The notes beneath the pieces were generated by a model. It ran no database searches, was not told the DNA's origin, and saw only the letters and a list, made by a program, of their open reading frames with translations. A DNA stretch of 64,000 nt, taken from assembly GCF_006345805.1 (NCBI RefSeq), contig NC_043004.1, positions 12,400,001-12,464,000 on the forward strand. Direction: 5' to 3'. The DNA is from Octopus sinensis (taxonomy: Eukaryota). The position numbers were made by a program, and so were the translations under genes. Below, piece by piece: positions 27,367 to 41,361 of the stretch (its first letter is position 1; each line of letters opens with the position of its first letter).

Positions 27367-27529
27367 TGGCTGTGTGGTAAGTAGCTCGCTTACCAGCGTT
27401 CAGTCCCTTCAGTCTCACTACGTGGCACCTAGGACAAGTGTCTTCTGCTATAGCCTCGGGTTGACTAAAGTCTAGTGAGGAGACTTGGTAGACGGAAACT
27501 GAAAGAACCCCGTCGTGTGTATATATATA

Positions 27530-27604
<75 letters not shown>

Positions 27605-27812
27605 TATGTATGTATATGTATGTGTGTGTATATGTTTGTGTATCTGTGTTTGACTCCAACATCACTTGACAACCGATGCTGGGGTGTTTATGTCCCCGTA
27701 ACTTAGCGGTTCGGCAAAAAATAATAAGTCCTGGTCTCTATTTACTCGACTAAAGCGGTGCTCCAGCATGGCCGCAGTCAAATGACTGAAACAAGTAGTA
27801 GAATAAAAGAAT
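27367..27812 (+). mobile_element. OR-like SINE, head-to-head with the previous copy
   Basis: gtggctgtgtggtaagtagc...ggccgcagtcaaatgactgaaacaagtag. Confidence 0.88.
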
Positions 27813-28542
27813 AGAACATGTACCGTTTAGTGATAGGAAATTCAACAAAAATGTACTCCCTCTGGTGAGAGATAAATATTATTTACTTAAAGGTCACAGT
27901 TTTTCGCGGTTTTTTTTCTAGTATTCCATTTTATAGTCCCTTACGATACGTGGTTTGCACCTGAAGAATATGTTTGAGTTTTCTCAAAATATGGAACTAT
28001 TAGCAGCGCTTTAATACATGTATTGTGACCTTTAAAGAAATAATATACATGCATATATATATATATACATATATATATAATATACATATATATATGTATG
28101 TATATGTATGTGTGTGTATATGTTTGTGTATCTGTGTTTGACTCCCAACATCACTTGACAACCGATGCTGGGGTGTTTATGTCCCCGTAACTTAGCGGTT
28201 CGGCAAAAAAATAATAAGTCCTGGTCTCTATTTACTCGACTAAAGCGGTGCTCCAGCATGGCCGCAGTCAAATGACTGAAACAAGTAGTAGAATAAAAGA
28301 ATAGAACATGTACCGTTTAGTGATAGGAAATTCAACAAAAATGTACTCCCTCTGGTGAGAGATAAATATTATTTACTTAAAGGTCACAGTTTTTCGCGGT
28401 TTTTTTTCTAGTATTCCATTTTATAGTCCCTTACGATACGTGGTTTGCACCTGAAGAATATGTTTGAGTTTTCTCAAAATATGGAACTATTAGCAGCGCT
28501 TTAATACATGTATTGTGACCTTTAAAGAAATAATATACATGC

Positions 28543-28570
<28 letters not shown>
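27600..28570 (+). repeat. ~488-bp near-identical tandem duplication (SINE 3' half plus flank)
   Basis: 27600-28080 repeats at 28088-28570; the only difference noticed outside the TA runs is gactcc/gactccc. Confidence 0.9.
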
Positions 28571-28575
<5 letters not shown>

Positions 28576-28582
28576 CATATAT

Positions 28583-28815
28583 ATATTTCTTTATTGCCCA
28601 CAGGGGGCTAAACACAGAGGGGACGAATAAGGACTGACTGAGGGCTTAAGTCGGTTACATCGACCCCAGTGCGTAACTGGTACTTAATTTATCGATCCCG
28701 AAACGATGAAAGGCAAAGTCGACCTCGCCGAATTTGAACTCAGAACGTAACGGCAGCCGAAATACCACTAAGCACTTCGCCCGACGTGCTAACGATTCTG
28801 CCAGCTCGCCGCCCT
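28583..28815 (-). mobile_element. Monomeric OK-like SINE
   Basis: Reverse complement gggcggcgagctggcagaatcgttagcacgtcgggcg...gtcgactttgcctttcatcg...gtgggcaataaagaaata. Confidence 0.88.
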
Positions 28816-28850
28816 ATACACACACACACACCACACACATATATATATAT

Positions 28851-28921
<71 letters not shown>

Positions 28922-28925
28922 AACA

Positions 28926-29560
28926 CGAAGGATTATTGAAGGTATCACATGTCAGAACCTAAAAGCTGTATATTATTTGTGAATTTTAGTAAATCGCTTG
29001 TCTCCCTCACTGAAATTGACGCTGATCCTCGAAAGACATAGCGTTCAAGAAGCCATCATAGAAGCAATCAGCATTCTCCACAAAGACACCACCGCTCAAG
29101 TTTCATCACCTGATGATGATATGAGACAGATTTCCCTGTGATCATTGCAGGAGTACTATATGATGACACTCTTGCAGCTTGCCAGCTTATTGTGAAATTG
29201 GACGGTTCATTACAAAGTAACCTGCTTTCGAAAAAAGCTCCAAAAAACACGCAGACGTCTTTCTACAAACGTCATTACTGAGAGAACGATTATGCAAATG
29301 ATATGACACCCATTTCTAAAATTATCAAGGAATTATCTTTTGAACATATTGAGGAAGTCATGAAACAGATTGAGCTAAACGAGAATAACGATCAGATTGA
29401 GTTTATGGCTTACAATCATTCACAAGAACACGCTTCAAACTTTGAATTCTTTAAAAGACCGCAATAGCCTGCGGTCATTGATGGAAGCACAAAGAGAGAC
29501 AGTGAAGTAATATTTAAATAGGTACGGTCAAAATTGAACAAGATGTCCTCAATATGGATT
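28926..29560 (+). pseudogene. Degraded RTE-clade LINE reverse transcriptase fragment
   Basis: RIIEGITCQNLKAV..FVNFSK, AISILHKDTTAQVSSPD, AGVLYDDTLA, DYANDM correspond to the RTE motifs VDFSKAFDS / AGVLQGDTLAP / DYADD. Confidence 0.75.
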
Positions 29561-31567
29561 TTACATCTATTTCTAGTCTTGCACTAAAGCCATTTATAGG
29601 GTTACAATAACCTGAAGTAGATATTAATCTGTAATACGTGAAGCGTAACGATTTTGAGTTCTTCAGGTCTTATTCCACTTCGTTGCACTCGGAACCACAT
29701 GTCTTTAAGTCTATAAAACAATTATGATTTCCATAATTTATTAATGTACAGTTGTTGGGCTCATTAACACATATCCTAGTTTCACCCACTAGACTGTCCT
29801 TTAAAGGTTCAGTGATGAATATATCGACCCCGGAGGAAGATGAATGGCAATGCCAACCGAGGGTAAAGGGGTCCTTTAATGGGAATATTGCGAGCTATTT
29901 GTGTCTGAAGCGTTTTAGTCATATACGCGCTTTATAACCTCGAATATTCGTTGAAGATTGCTGCGTCAAAATACCTGTGCACCGACAGAAAACCATGAGG
30001 CAAAAATATCAAAAAGTATTCTATACGCAACATTTGCACAGCACTGTATATATATATATTTAAATATCAGAAGCTCATAGCTGTTGGGGAAACTATTAGA
30101 CACATTCTTTCTATGCTATCGATGTGAAGAAGAACAAGTGAAGAGATTCCTAATGGACCGTTTCGCAGCTTGTTGACCTCTCCTCAGTGGAAACGTAACC
30201 AATTTTCTCCTTTTTTCCGTACATCGTAAGTATAGAAAGAATATGTTTGCACTCTTATACTTTCATGCCATAGTTATCGCTTTCTAATATTATTTCAGTG
30301 CTTATGAGGACTTATGCTCGCAGCTGTCCCCCTAGTCTTGCTGCCTTTCATGGGTGTTGAACCCAGATCGCTCGCTTAGTTATACCGGACAGGGTAGCAG
30401 CTTTTCCCAGAGACATACATTCACAAAATTTCAATGGTGCCCCACTTCTAGTGGCCTCGATCACGCCGGACACTAACTGGCGTTATTGTTAGATAGCCTC
30501 TGACCTTAACCACAATAATCCGTTGCTTCGGGACATATTTTACGTATCTAAAATCGTATTGTTAATAAATTATACTATTAAAACCATGTATTGAATTTTG
30601 CTTTTTTAATTATTCTTCACAATCCCGAAGTTTTTTTTCAGGAAAGATTTGTAATCAGCAAACAGTATAGCTGACTTTTTTCATTTTTAAATTACTAAAT
30701 TCTGACTTAATTTTCGATAATCAGTTTGGTCTTTTTTTATTATTGACAGAAGCAAGTTTTAATGCTTCATTATAACTTTAACCTTTAACCAAAGTGGTTC
30801 ACACAGCTGTGCAGGTCGTTACTATATTGGGTTTTTTTACAATAAAGAAAGAAAACTGAGAGTTTAGTTATGCTTTGCGAAAATATTCTCAAGCAGCTGC
30901 CTTCCACTTAAAGATGCCAAGACGCAACCGTTGGAATTAAACCACAGAAAACACCAGTAAATTATCAATTCCAGTAACCAACAAAATTCCTCCAACCTTC
31001 CTGTCCCACACAATAGACTAGAAAACCTCATCCAGTTATTCAGTAAACTTTCTCCCCGCCTTTCTTTCTGCCTGTCTGCCTGCCCGTCTGTCTATCTGCC
31101 TGTCTGTCTGACTATATATATATATATATTTCTCTCTCTGTCTCTTATTTCTCTCTGAGAACAATAAGTCGGCGGCAGAAGAGAAGACGAGCTTTTAAAA
31201 GGTTTGAAGCAATTAACGTTGTTCTTATCAAAGGTATTCTTTTCGTCTTTGTGTTATACAAGTACTAAATTACAAGACTATTCTTCAAAAGAATTCGAAA
31301 TACAAAGATAACTGTTTCGCATCGTTATTAATTAGTTGCCGACTTCCGGTCAGGTATAACCAAATAGACCAAGGATACATTATACCTTGCCATGTGTTAA
31401 CAAAAACAAAAAAAAAAAACCAAAAAAAAACAAAACAAAAACGAGTAGGTTCTGCTTCAGTGACTTAGTACTACGTAAAACTGACAAGAATTAGTTCTGA
31501 CAAGCGGAAAAAAGTATAAGGTTTAATCCCTTTCAGAACTCTGTTTGGTCAATGTCATATTAATTAG

Positions 31568-31661
31568 CAGAGAACGCAGGTGAAGGAAGAGATGTAGCTT
31601 CAGTATTAAATAGAAGAAAAAAAAAAAAAAAGGAGCACAAAAAGGGAGCACTAATACTTAA
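31568..31661 (+). CDS. Candidate exon (basic, Lys-rich)
   Basis: taattAG|...|GTaaat; ENAGEGRDVASVLNRRKKKKKEHKKGALIL; phase 1 entry fits the exon ending at 25892. Confidence 0.25.
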
Positions 31662-31919
31662 GTAAATAAGATTAGCCTTCTCACGTACAGAATAGTCGGC
31701 ATTATTGTAATAATGCGTTCGGTAAGAGGACTCCATCGAAATTGGTATCATTAAGTTGTGTACACGTATTTTCTATTTAGGTATAATTGAATGGCATATG
31801 TTAGTTGGTATCTGGTGCTAATTGGCTGGTTATTGTTCTTGTTAAATATCTAGCCTAGATTATACATTTTAGCATATATATATATATTATATATATATGA
31901 CTCTCCCCAGACACAACAG

Positions 31920-32326
<407 letters not shown>

Positions 32327-32619
32327 GGAAATAGTGTGTAGGTGTTTGTATATAGACTCCGACAGAGATGCAAAGATGAGGCGAAACACAGCCTCAGCGG
32401 GGCTGCTGTACATTGATATCCACATCTGGATCGCAGAGGAATTGAAAACCTGTGGAGGCCAGCAATCTCCTCTTGATACTACGACGCTTGGTTATACATA
32501 TGGAGAATCATCGTGAATATAGGTGAATAGCCTATGACGATCATGATGATGGATCCGCTTACATATCTACGTCTGTCTGTCTATCTAACATAGATGTGTT
32601 TATATATACATAATCTCAC

Positions 32620-32945
32620 GTACCCACTCACTCACTCATTCACTCATTCACTCACTCACTCACTCATTCACTCACTCACTCACTCATTCAGTCATTCACT
32701 CACTCACTCATTCATTCACTCATTCACTCACTCATTCACTCATTCATTCACTCACTCACTCACTCACTCGCTCATTCACTCATTCATTCACTCACTAACT
32801 CACTCACTCACTCATTCACTCACTCACTCATTCACTCACTTATTCACTCACTTACTCATTCACTCACTCACTCACTCATTCACTCACTCACTCATTCACT
32901 CTCTTAATCACTCACTCACTCACTCACTCACTCACTCACACACTC
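32620..32945. repeat. (ACTC/ATTC)n microsatellite
   Basis: Direct reading. Confidence 0.9.
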
Positions 32946-33744
32946 ACGCACACAGACATTCAAACCTTTCCTCTAAATTAAAACACATAATTCTGTGTGG
33001 AAGACGTGCTTGAAATTATCGGCAACGTTGCGCCTATTCTTTCTAAATTTGTACTTCGGTATCACAAATGCTACCTGATTAGCTTTGCACCAGTTTTTTG
33101 TCGTTGTCAGCGTTATCATTGTTGCCACTATTGTTGCTATCATTCTTGTTTCGGTACTGTCAGTCCAGAATGCGTTCACCTTTGAACGAAAGTATTTCTG
33201 CTATGATCATCCTTTCTTCTTGGGTATCTAAAACTATATTATTCTTTACTTATATTTTTCTAACAAAACAAAAAAAAATGGAAGGTCTAATTTGAGGTAT
33301 ATTCGGTGCTTATTTCTAGCAGGTCAAGTTGCAAAATACAGCACTACTTCGTCTCCATGGAACCTATTTGTTAACCTTACACAAAAGTCACAACGCTCTA
33401 CTCGACCCAATCGCTATCAGCTGTAAACCTTAGACAAGACACACCATTCTAGTTATATCAGGAAATCTTGATGGAAACTTCAGACGAAACTCAAGACTCT
33501 GCTTATTTCAGACCACGACACTTGTAGAAACACAGTAGATATGCAACACTGAATTCTGCTTATATTAACCTTGGCTACACGCTTTACTAGGACACCTTTG
33601 AGAAATCTATCAAAGTCAATGATACAGCTAATGGCTGTATATAAGATATTTCTGAACTCGCAAAGCTGCTCTGAACCAACTTAAACAAAGAGCTTCTATA
33701 AATTAAGATAAGAATATCGGGAGAATATTTTTTACCGTTTTCAC

Positions 33745-34200
33745 CTTTTACTTGTTTCAGTCATTGGACTGCGGCCATGCCGGGGCACAGTCTTGTGGAA
33801 TCTTAGTCGAAAGAATCGACCTCAGTACTTGGTTTTTATTATTTTTAAAACGCGTACTTATTCTATCGGACGGTTTTGCCGAATAGCTAATTTAGGGGAC
33901 GTAAGTATAGTAACGCCGGTCGTCAAGTGGTGGTGAGGGACAAATACAGATACAAAGACACAAACACACACACATAAATATATAATACTTACATATACAC
34001 ATACATGCACACACATCCCGCACACACATATAGACGACGGGCTTCTTTCAGTTTCAGTTTACTAAATTCACTCACATGGCTTTGGTCAGTCCTAGGCTAT
34101 GGTAGAAGACACTTGTGCAAGGTGTCACGCAGTGGAACTGAACCCGGAACCATGTGGTTGGGAAACAAGCTTCTTAACACACAACCACTCCAGCGCCTAT
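33745..34200 (-). mobile_element. OR-like SINE
   Basis: ttgtttcagtcattggactgcggccatgc...gaacccggaaccatgtggttgggaaacaagc. Confidence 0.85.
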
Positions 34201-34284
34201 AGCATGTTGTAGTATTTAGTTAGTTACTGACCTTTACGTTTGGATTCCAATCTCACCAAGTTTAACCTTGCATTTTAGCACTAT

Positions 34285-34533
34285 AATGTTCCTTCTCGAG
34301 CCATGCCAGGCTCATAAGGGCCGATTTCCCGATTTCATGGCGTAGAAATTCACCACCTGGATGGGACGCTGATCGGTCGCAGGATTACTCATTTTTGCCA
34401 GCTGAGTGGACTAGAGCAACGTGAAAATGAAGTGTTTTGCTCCATAACACAACGCATCGCCCGATCCAGGAATCGAAACCACAACCTTACGATCATGAGT
34501 TCAACACCCTAACCACTAAGCCACGCGCCTCCA
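34285..34533 (-). mobile_element. Third tRNA-derived SINE family, full length with 15-bp TSD
   Basis: Head ggaggcgcgtggcttagtggttagg...ggtttcgattcc; GCATTTTAGCACTAT at 34270-34284 and 34534-34548. Confidence 0.9.
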
Positions 34534-34728
34534 GCATTTTAGCACTATGGGGTTAACGAAACATCACCAACCAGGAACAGAGTGAATCAAACGTCATTGC
34601 AGCGTTTTGTCTGTTAGAAGATGTCATTTGACACGGATTTGGAAATACGATTAATAAAAGAATCTCCCTTTCTATCCACGAATATTCATCTAAAATGTGG
34701 TCAGATTTATTCGACATAGGCACAGACA

Positions 34729-34890
34729 TGGATGTGTGGTCAAAAAGCTCACTTTTCGGCCATGTGGTTTCGGGTCCAGTCTCACTGCGCAGGACACTGA
34801 GTAAGGGTTTCCCACTATTGTCCCCGACCGACCAATGTTTTGTGAGTGACTCTGATGGACGGAAAATGCGTCGAAGCCCGTTTTGTATGC
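34729..34890 (+). mobile_element. Degraded head of OR-like SINE
   Basis: ggatgtgtggtcaaaaagc...ggtccagtctcactgcg...gacggaaaatgcgtcgaagcccg. Confidence 0.6.
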
Positions 34891-34902
34891 ACGCATAGAT
34901 AC

Positions 34903-34978
<76 letters not shown>

Positions 34979-34984
<6 letters not shown>

Positions 34985-35172
34985 GAGAAAGAAGGTACTC
35001 AGAAATCTGGATGGTTTTATATTTACAGATTTTTAATATGTCACATGAAATCAGAGAATCTACTAGAGTGGATGCAAGCGCTTATATATGATTTATAAAA
35101 ACATGTGACATATTAATAAAAATCTGTAAATATAAAACCATTCAGATTTCTGAGTACCTTAGTTCTTCTAAT
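34979..35172. mobile_element. Fold-back element with ~70-bp inverted arms in a TA tract
   Basis: aaggtactcagaaatctggatggttttatatttacagattttt..aatatgtcacatg pairs with 35102-35172. Confidence 0.8.
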
Positions 35173-35203
35173 ATATAATACCTGTACATCACGTTCAAAC
35201 CCT

Positions 35204-35286
<83 letters not shown>

Positions 35287-35355
35287 TCACACATTATACA
35301 TATGTATCGGTATGTCTTTCTCTTTGTCTCTATATTCTCTCTCTCTCTCTCCCTC

Positions 35356-35403
<48 letters not shown>

Positions 35404-35621
35404 GCATATACATATACATACATACAGATAGATATATTCATATATATGTATACATACACTAACACACATATATAGAGAGTGAGAGAGAAGTAGAGAGACA
35501 GACAGAAAGAGAGCGAATAAAAAGAGAGACAAAAGGAAATAGGTAGATAGATAAGCAAATAGATCAATAAGTGTGTGTGTGTGTGTGTGCGTGTGTGTGT
35601 ACAAACACACGCACACACACT

Positions 35622-35695
<74 letters not shown>

Positions 35696-36059
35696 CTGAC
35701 CGACAGACAGAAACCCACATACACACATACGTGTAGAATACAAAAAAAATATTTTTATTGACACACGCTCACATGCCTCTACGTATGTACAAACATGCAT
35801 ATTTTTATTAAGAAGCGTGTCTGTGAACTTGGCGATATACGAGTCGCTGACGACGATTCCTTCTCACGAATATTAATATTTTGTTTTCTTCTTCTGCGTT
35901 TTAACTCCACCCCTTTTCTACCCCTGTGCAGGACTCCACCCCTTCCCCCCCTGTGCAGGACTCATATTTACGTTTCCCCTCATTTCTTCTAAATCTAGCA
36001 TAAATTCTCAACTGTACGTTCAAACATTCATATACTTGTGTATAAACATGCATACAGGA

Positions 36060-36090
<31 letters not shown>

Positions 36091-36234
36091 ACACACACAC
36101 ACACACAACACACACACATATACTATAGAGAAATACATACAGCACATACACGCTTGTATATATATATATATGCGTGTGTTTTGTAGGTAAGCGTGGCTAA
36201 GTGACTGTGCACACGGGTGTATGTGGGTCTTCAG

Positions 36235-36289
<55 letters not shown>

Positions 36290-36584
36290 GGGGGTGTGTG
36301 TGTGTGTGTGTGTGTGGTGTGTGGTGTGTGTGAGGGCCTGTGTACATGTATACATATATATATGTATAAACATACATATACATTTCCATACATATATAGA
36401 GGGAAACGCTTAGGTGGGCATAACCGTTGCTTTCAAGCTGAAACATTTTAAAGATTTATATATTACTTCAAACATAATATATAATACGCCCACATATTTG
36501 TATATATATGTATGTTGATATGTATATGTGTTCGTATGTGTGTGTATACAAGGTCGTCGATGTGTATACAAGGTCGTCGAAGGG

Positions 36585-37675
36585 TATGTCATAAGTTACA
36601 GAGACTAGGCACAGGCGGGAAAATGGTAGAGTGGGTTGCACGACTTCTTAAAAGACTGAAGCCAAGCTGTAGCAGCCAACCCTGCCCACTCTGAAGAGAA
36701 AGAAACAGGGAGTTAAATACCACTGGGAACTGCCTATGAGTCGCTGCTATTCACGGTAGCTCTCTTTCGGACTTATCAGTTACACAGGCTTACAAGCTAT
36801 GTTGGTGATACAATATTACTACGAGCACTCAAGGAATCTTTCTATAGTAATCTATAGAAAGACCTGGTGTGCCATTTATAAATGGGCTGCAGAAAACAAA
36901 ATGCAATTCAATACAAGAAAACCCTATGCCCTCTGCTATCAGTCGGCCGGTGCTAACATACGGCAAGAAAGATATTAAGACGAAAAGGAGCGGCAATGCT
37001 AGAGTTAAACAGAGTAGGTGATCTGGGGATAGATATGAGCAACAATACCTCGTTTCGTGTAAATATCACGAAGATACTGGACAAGGAAACTACGCTGGTT
37101 CTGTTTAGGATTTTTGTCCACAGCTGCTCTCAACTGTCGTTACCACACAATGTTATATCAATAGCAGAACTCGAAGTAGTTCAGCGGTGTTTCACCAGGA
37201 AGATTGCATATAGAATAGCTAAGGTACTGGGATAGACTGAAAGGATTACGACTCTACTCGTTGGAGAGAAGGCGGGAGAGATTTGCTTGAGTATTCTTGA
37301 AGGATTGGCCCCAAACTTTGGCATCGAGAGTTATACCGACCTTCGAAATGGCTGTCACTGCACTGTTCCAAAGGTTCCGCTCATCTCCTCTGGTTTGTGG
37401 AGCTGGTACTGCAACTGTTTTGGATTCAAAGGTCCATAGCTGTTTAATATCTTGTCAAAACATGAGATCTACATGGTGTGGGGGCAGATGTTTTCAAGAA
37501 GAAAATGACCTCTTGCAATTTACAGTTCTTGATGAACCTACATCACGGCAAGAAACTCAAAAGAAACTCATTCCTTCACCAAAAGCAAATCACGAAAGAA
37601 TGGGCATTGAAAGAATTATAATGGCGGTGACCCAGCATGGCTACAGACTTTGGGCTGAAACACATAAAGGGATGA
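36585..37675 (+). pseudogene. Degraded CR1/L2-group LINE 3' half with 3' tail
   Basis: CHKLQRLG..GKMVEW, IYKWAAENKMQFN, ELEVVQRCFT, LYSLERRRER, DEPT; tail ggcggtgacccagcatggctacagactttgggctgaaac. Confidence 0.75.
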
Positions 37676-37752
37676 AAGAATAAAAATATATCTATCTACC
37701 TACCTACCTGCCTACCTACCTATCTACCTACCTGCCTACTTAGTTATCTATC

Positions 37753-37819
<67 letters not shown>

Positions 37820-37904
37820 TTGTGTATACACATGTATGTATGCATATATATAATATATATACGTGTATATATTTAGTATAATTCGGGTGAAAACGTCATA
37901 ACGT

Positions 37905-38149
37905 GGCTCTCTTACTCTTTTTACTCTTTTACTTGATTCAGTCATTTGACTGTGGCCATGCCGGAGCACCGCCTTTAGTCGAGCAAATCGACCCCAGGAC
38001 TTATTCTTTGTAAGCCTAGTACTTATTCTATCGGCCTTTTATGCCAAACGCTAAGTTACCGGGGCGTAAACACACCAGCATCGGTTGTCAAGCGCTGTTG
38101 GGGGGACAAACACAGACACACAAACATACACACACACACACCACACACA

Positions 38150-38225
<76 letters not shown>

Positions 38226-38400
38226 CATACATATATACGACGGGCTTCTTTCAGTTTCCGCCTACCAAATCCACTCACAAGGGCTTGGTCGGGCCGAGGC
38301 TATACTAGAAAACACTTGCCCAAGGTGCCACGTAGTGGGACTGAACCCAGAACCATGAGGTTCGTCAGCAAGCTACTTACCACACAGCCACTCCTACGCC
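37905..38400 (-). mobile_element. OR-like SINE
   Basis: ttactcttttacttgattcagtcatttgactgtggcc...ctacttaccacacagccactcc. Confidence 0.9.
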
Positions 38401-38748
38401 TGTATAATAACCATAAAGAATGTTATTCTATAATGCTATAATAATGCTACTATAATGCTATCACCAACTTAAACCTGGTGTACGATGCAGAAACAAATAT
38501 TGCGGACTGATTTTAAGACCTGTTATCCTCAATCATCGTGTTAGATTATCCTTATGTATGTATGTATGTATGTATGTATGTATGTATGTATGTATGTATG
38601 TTTGCATGTATGTATGTATGTATGCATGTTTGCATGTATGTGTGTATCTGCATACATAGGTACATATCCATAAACCCAGAATACATGTGATAAAACAATC
38701 CTAGAAACGAATATATATATGCGTGTGTCTGTGCGTGTATATATATAT

Positions 38749-38805
<57 letters not shown>

Positions 38806-39269
38806 AGCGTGTGTCTGTGCGTGTGTGTATGTATGTATGTATATATATATATACATACATACATATGTGGTGTGTGTATGGGTATGTGTGTATGTGTGTG
38901 TGTGTGTGATTGTGTGTGTGTATGCTTGCGTATATATGAATGTATACGTGTATTTGTGTTTACGTTTGCGTAAATATCGGTGTACGAGTTACGCGTGTTT
39001 GAGCGCAAGTATGTCTGTGTGTATGCAAGATTTCCCGCCGGCTTTCCAGCTGGATGGAAATAACTGTAGCTCTTCTACGAAGGAGTATGTCTAATAGTGA
39101 TGTGTTTTAATGAGTAATGCATGCTTGGTTTGTTGTGCTGTTGAAATCATTCGTGAAGAAATTGCGAACTAAGCCGGCGTCTACAGATCTTCTCCTCTCT
39201 CGCCGTTGTTACTGCACTTTGCTATTCTTTCTTCTTGCTAATGATGTTATTGATGATACGCCGTTTTCA

Positions 39270-39381
39270 GGTGATGACGATAATGATGATTATGATGATG
39301 ATTATGATGATGATGATGATGATAATGATGTGTTATGCTCTTATTTTCGTTCTGTTGTTGTTGCTAATGATGATGATGGTA

Positions 39382-39415
<34 letters not shown>

Positions 39416-39828
39416 CGACGACGACGACGATGATGATGATGGCGACGATGATGATGACGACAATAACGACAACGATGCTGATGATGGTGATGATGGTGAT
39501 GAAGATGATGATGATGTCGATGAGGATAACGAAGGTGATGATGTTGATGATGATGATGACGATGATGATGCTGATGCTGATGATTATGATGATGGTAATG
39601 ATGATGATAATGATGATGATGATGATGATGATGATGACGACGACGACGACGATGCTGCTGCTGCTGATGATGATGTTGGTGATGATGGTAACAATGATAT
39701 TGATAGTGGTGGAAGTGGTAATGTTGATGATGATTATGATGATGATGACGACGACGACGATGATGGTGATGATGACGATGATGATGACGACGACGATGAT
39801 GATGATGATGATGGCGATGATGATGGTA

Positions 39829-39890
<62 letters not shown>

Positions 39891-39924
39891 GGTGGTGATG
39901 ATGATGATGATGATGATAATGATG

Positions 39925-39956
<32 letters not shown>

Positions 39957-40025
39957 GATGATGATGATGACGATGATGATGATGATGGTGATGATGATGA
40001 TGATGATGATGCTGATGCTGATGGT
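39270..40025. repeat. ~750-bp (GAT)n-dominated trinucleotide array
   Basis: Direct reading; source of the poly-Asp, poly-Met and poly-His ORFs. Confidence 0.95.
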
Positions 40026-40274
40026 ATAATGAGAAACGCATAGCTGCAGATCTGCTAGTCCGTCTGAAACTTACGTGTACTGATTGACTGTTTTTAGCGT
40101 TTGCATTGGAATTCCTGTTGTTTATCGAATCGTCAAGAGATTCGGAGTTTAGAGACAAGCATACCTACATAGCGGACATGTACACAAACACACTCACATA
40201 TATACGTACATACATGCACAGTCACACACACATACACGTACATACATACATACATACATACATACATACATACA

Positions 40275-40306
<32 letters not shown>

Positions 40307-40358
40307 CATACACACGCATACGTACACATATATGCATAGATACATATATACACACATA

Positions 40359-41348
40359 CTTTGAAGAGTATGCGTTTGCAATCCAGGGACAAGAAATATC
40401 AAACAAGAACCTGATGAATAAGAGGGACAGAGATGCAGGAAAAGCAGAAAAATTTGACAACCGATGCAGAGTTTGTGGAGTTAACACCGAAGATATCACC
40501 ACACATCATAAGCAGTCGTCCGAAAATTTCATCACGGTATTGTCTACCGATGAGATATGATGTTGTAGCTAGGACACTCTATAGTGAAATCCGTCGGAAA
40601 GATAATCCCGAGGACAAAGAAATGAGAACCCACAGGAGTATTGGTGGAATGTCCCAATGAAGCCTCCAATGAACTGTAAGCACAACGGACCTGATATAAG
40701 GATTTGGTATAGAGAAGAGAAACTGTGCACAGTTGTGGAAATTAGCTCTCCAGCGGATGTGAACATAAAGCTGAAGATCAGTTAAAAAGAGAACACCTAT
40801 GCTGAACCGTTGAGAAATCTGCAGTTAATTATCCAGATTACAAGCTCATGTTTATACGTGTAATTACTGAGGCCATGAGATATGTATCACACAGCCAATC
40901 TTGAGAAATTAGGCTTCTCAAAAATAGAAAGGAGAAAGCTGATTTGAAGTCTACCAATCCAATCCATCACTGGAACTCTAAAAATCTGTAAAACTTTCCA
41001 GAAGTTTATCATTTAAATATATATGAACATGTCTAGACATGTAACTATATGCATGAGAATACACACATAATGTAAAACATACAAATCTGCACATATACAT
41101 ACATACATAAATACATACATACATACATACATACATACATGCATACATACATACATACATACATACATACATACATACATACATACATACATACATAATA
41201 CATACATACATACATACATTCATTCATACATACATATATACATACAAAAACACCCTGTTGTTGATGTTGAAATTCCAATGAAGGAACCTTGGATCTTGGT
41301 TAGAAACTGGCTCTTTGCAAGAAATCTTGAAATAAAACTGAACAATGA
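40359..41348 (+). mobile_element. 5'-truncated R4/Dong-like LINE: CCHC zinc knuckle, restriction-like endonuclease remnant and 3' UTR
   Basis: EEYAFAIQGQEI, CRVCGVNTEDI.HIISS, RYDVVART, WWNVPM..CKHNGPDI..W, VEISSP, stop at 41014-41016; the UTR holds (CATA)n and an AATAAA tail. Confidence 0.82.
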
Positions 41349-41361
41349 CATACACACATAT

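Noticed and set aside
30143-30192. Minus-strand CTGAGGA...GAAACGGTC hammerhead-like motif
   Set aside because: Stem I does not pair and stem II is poor.
33083-33191. Exon-like segment encoding a transmembrane helix (LHQFFVVVSVIIVATIVAIILVSVLSV)
   Set aside because: Could equally be a decayed (GTT/ATT)n repeat, and its phase does not follow the exon ending at 31661; not listed as CDS.
39028-39170. Exon-like pieces before the (GAT)n array
   Set aside because: Joining them needs a ~30-nt intron and several frames are equally plausible.
39117-40158. Poly-Asp, poly-Met and poly-His ORFs (also 3672-4116 and 13130-13440)
   Set aside because: Translations of (GAT)n microsatellite.
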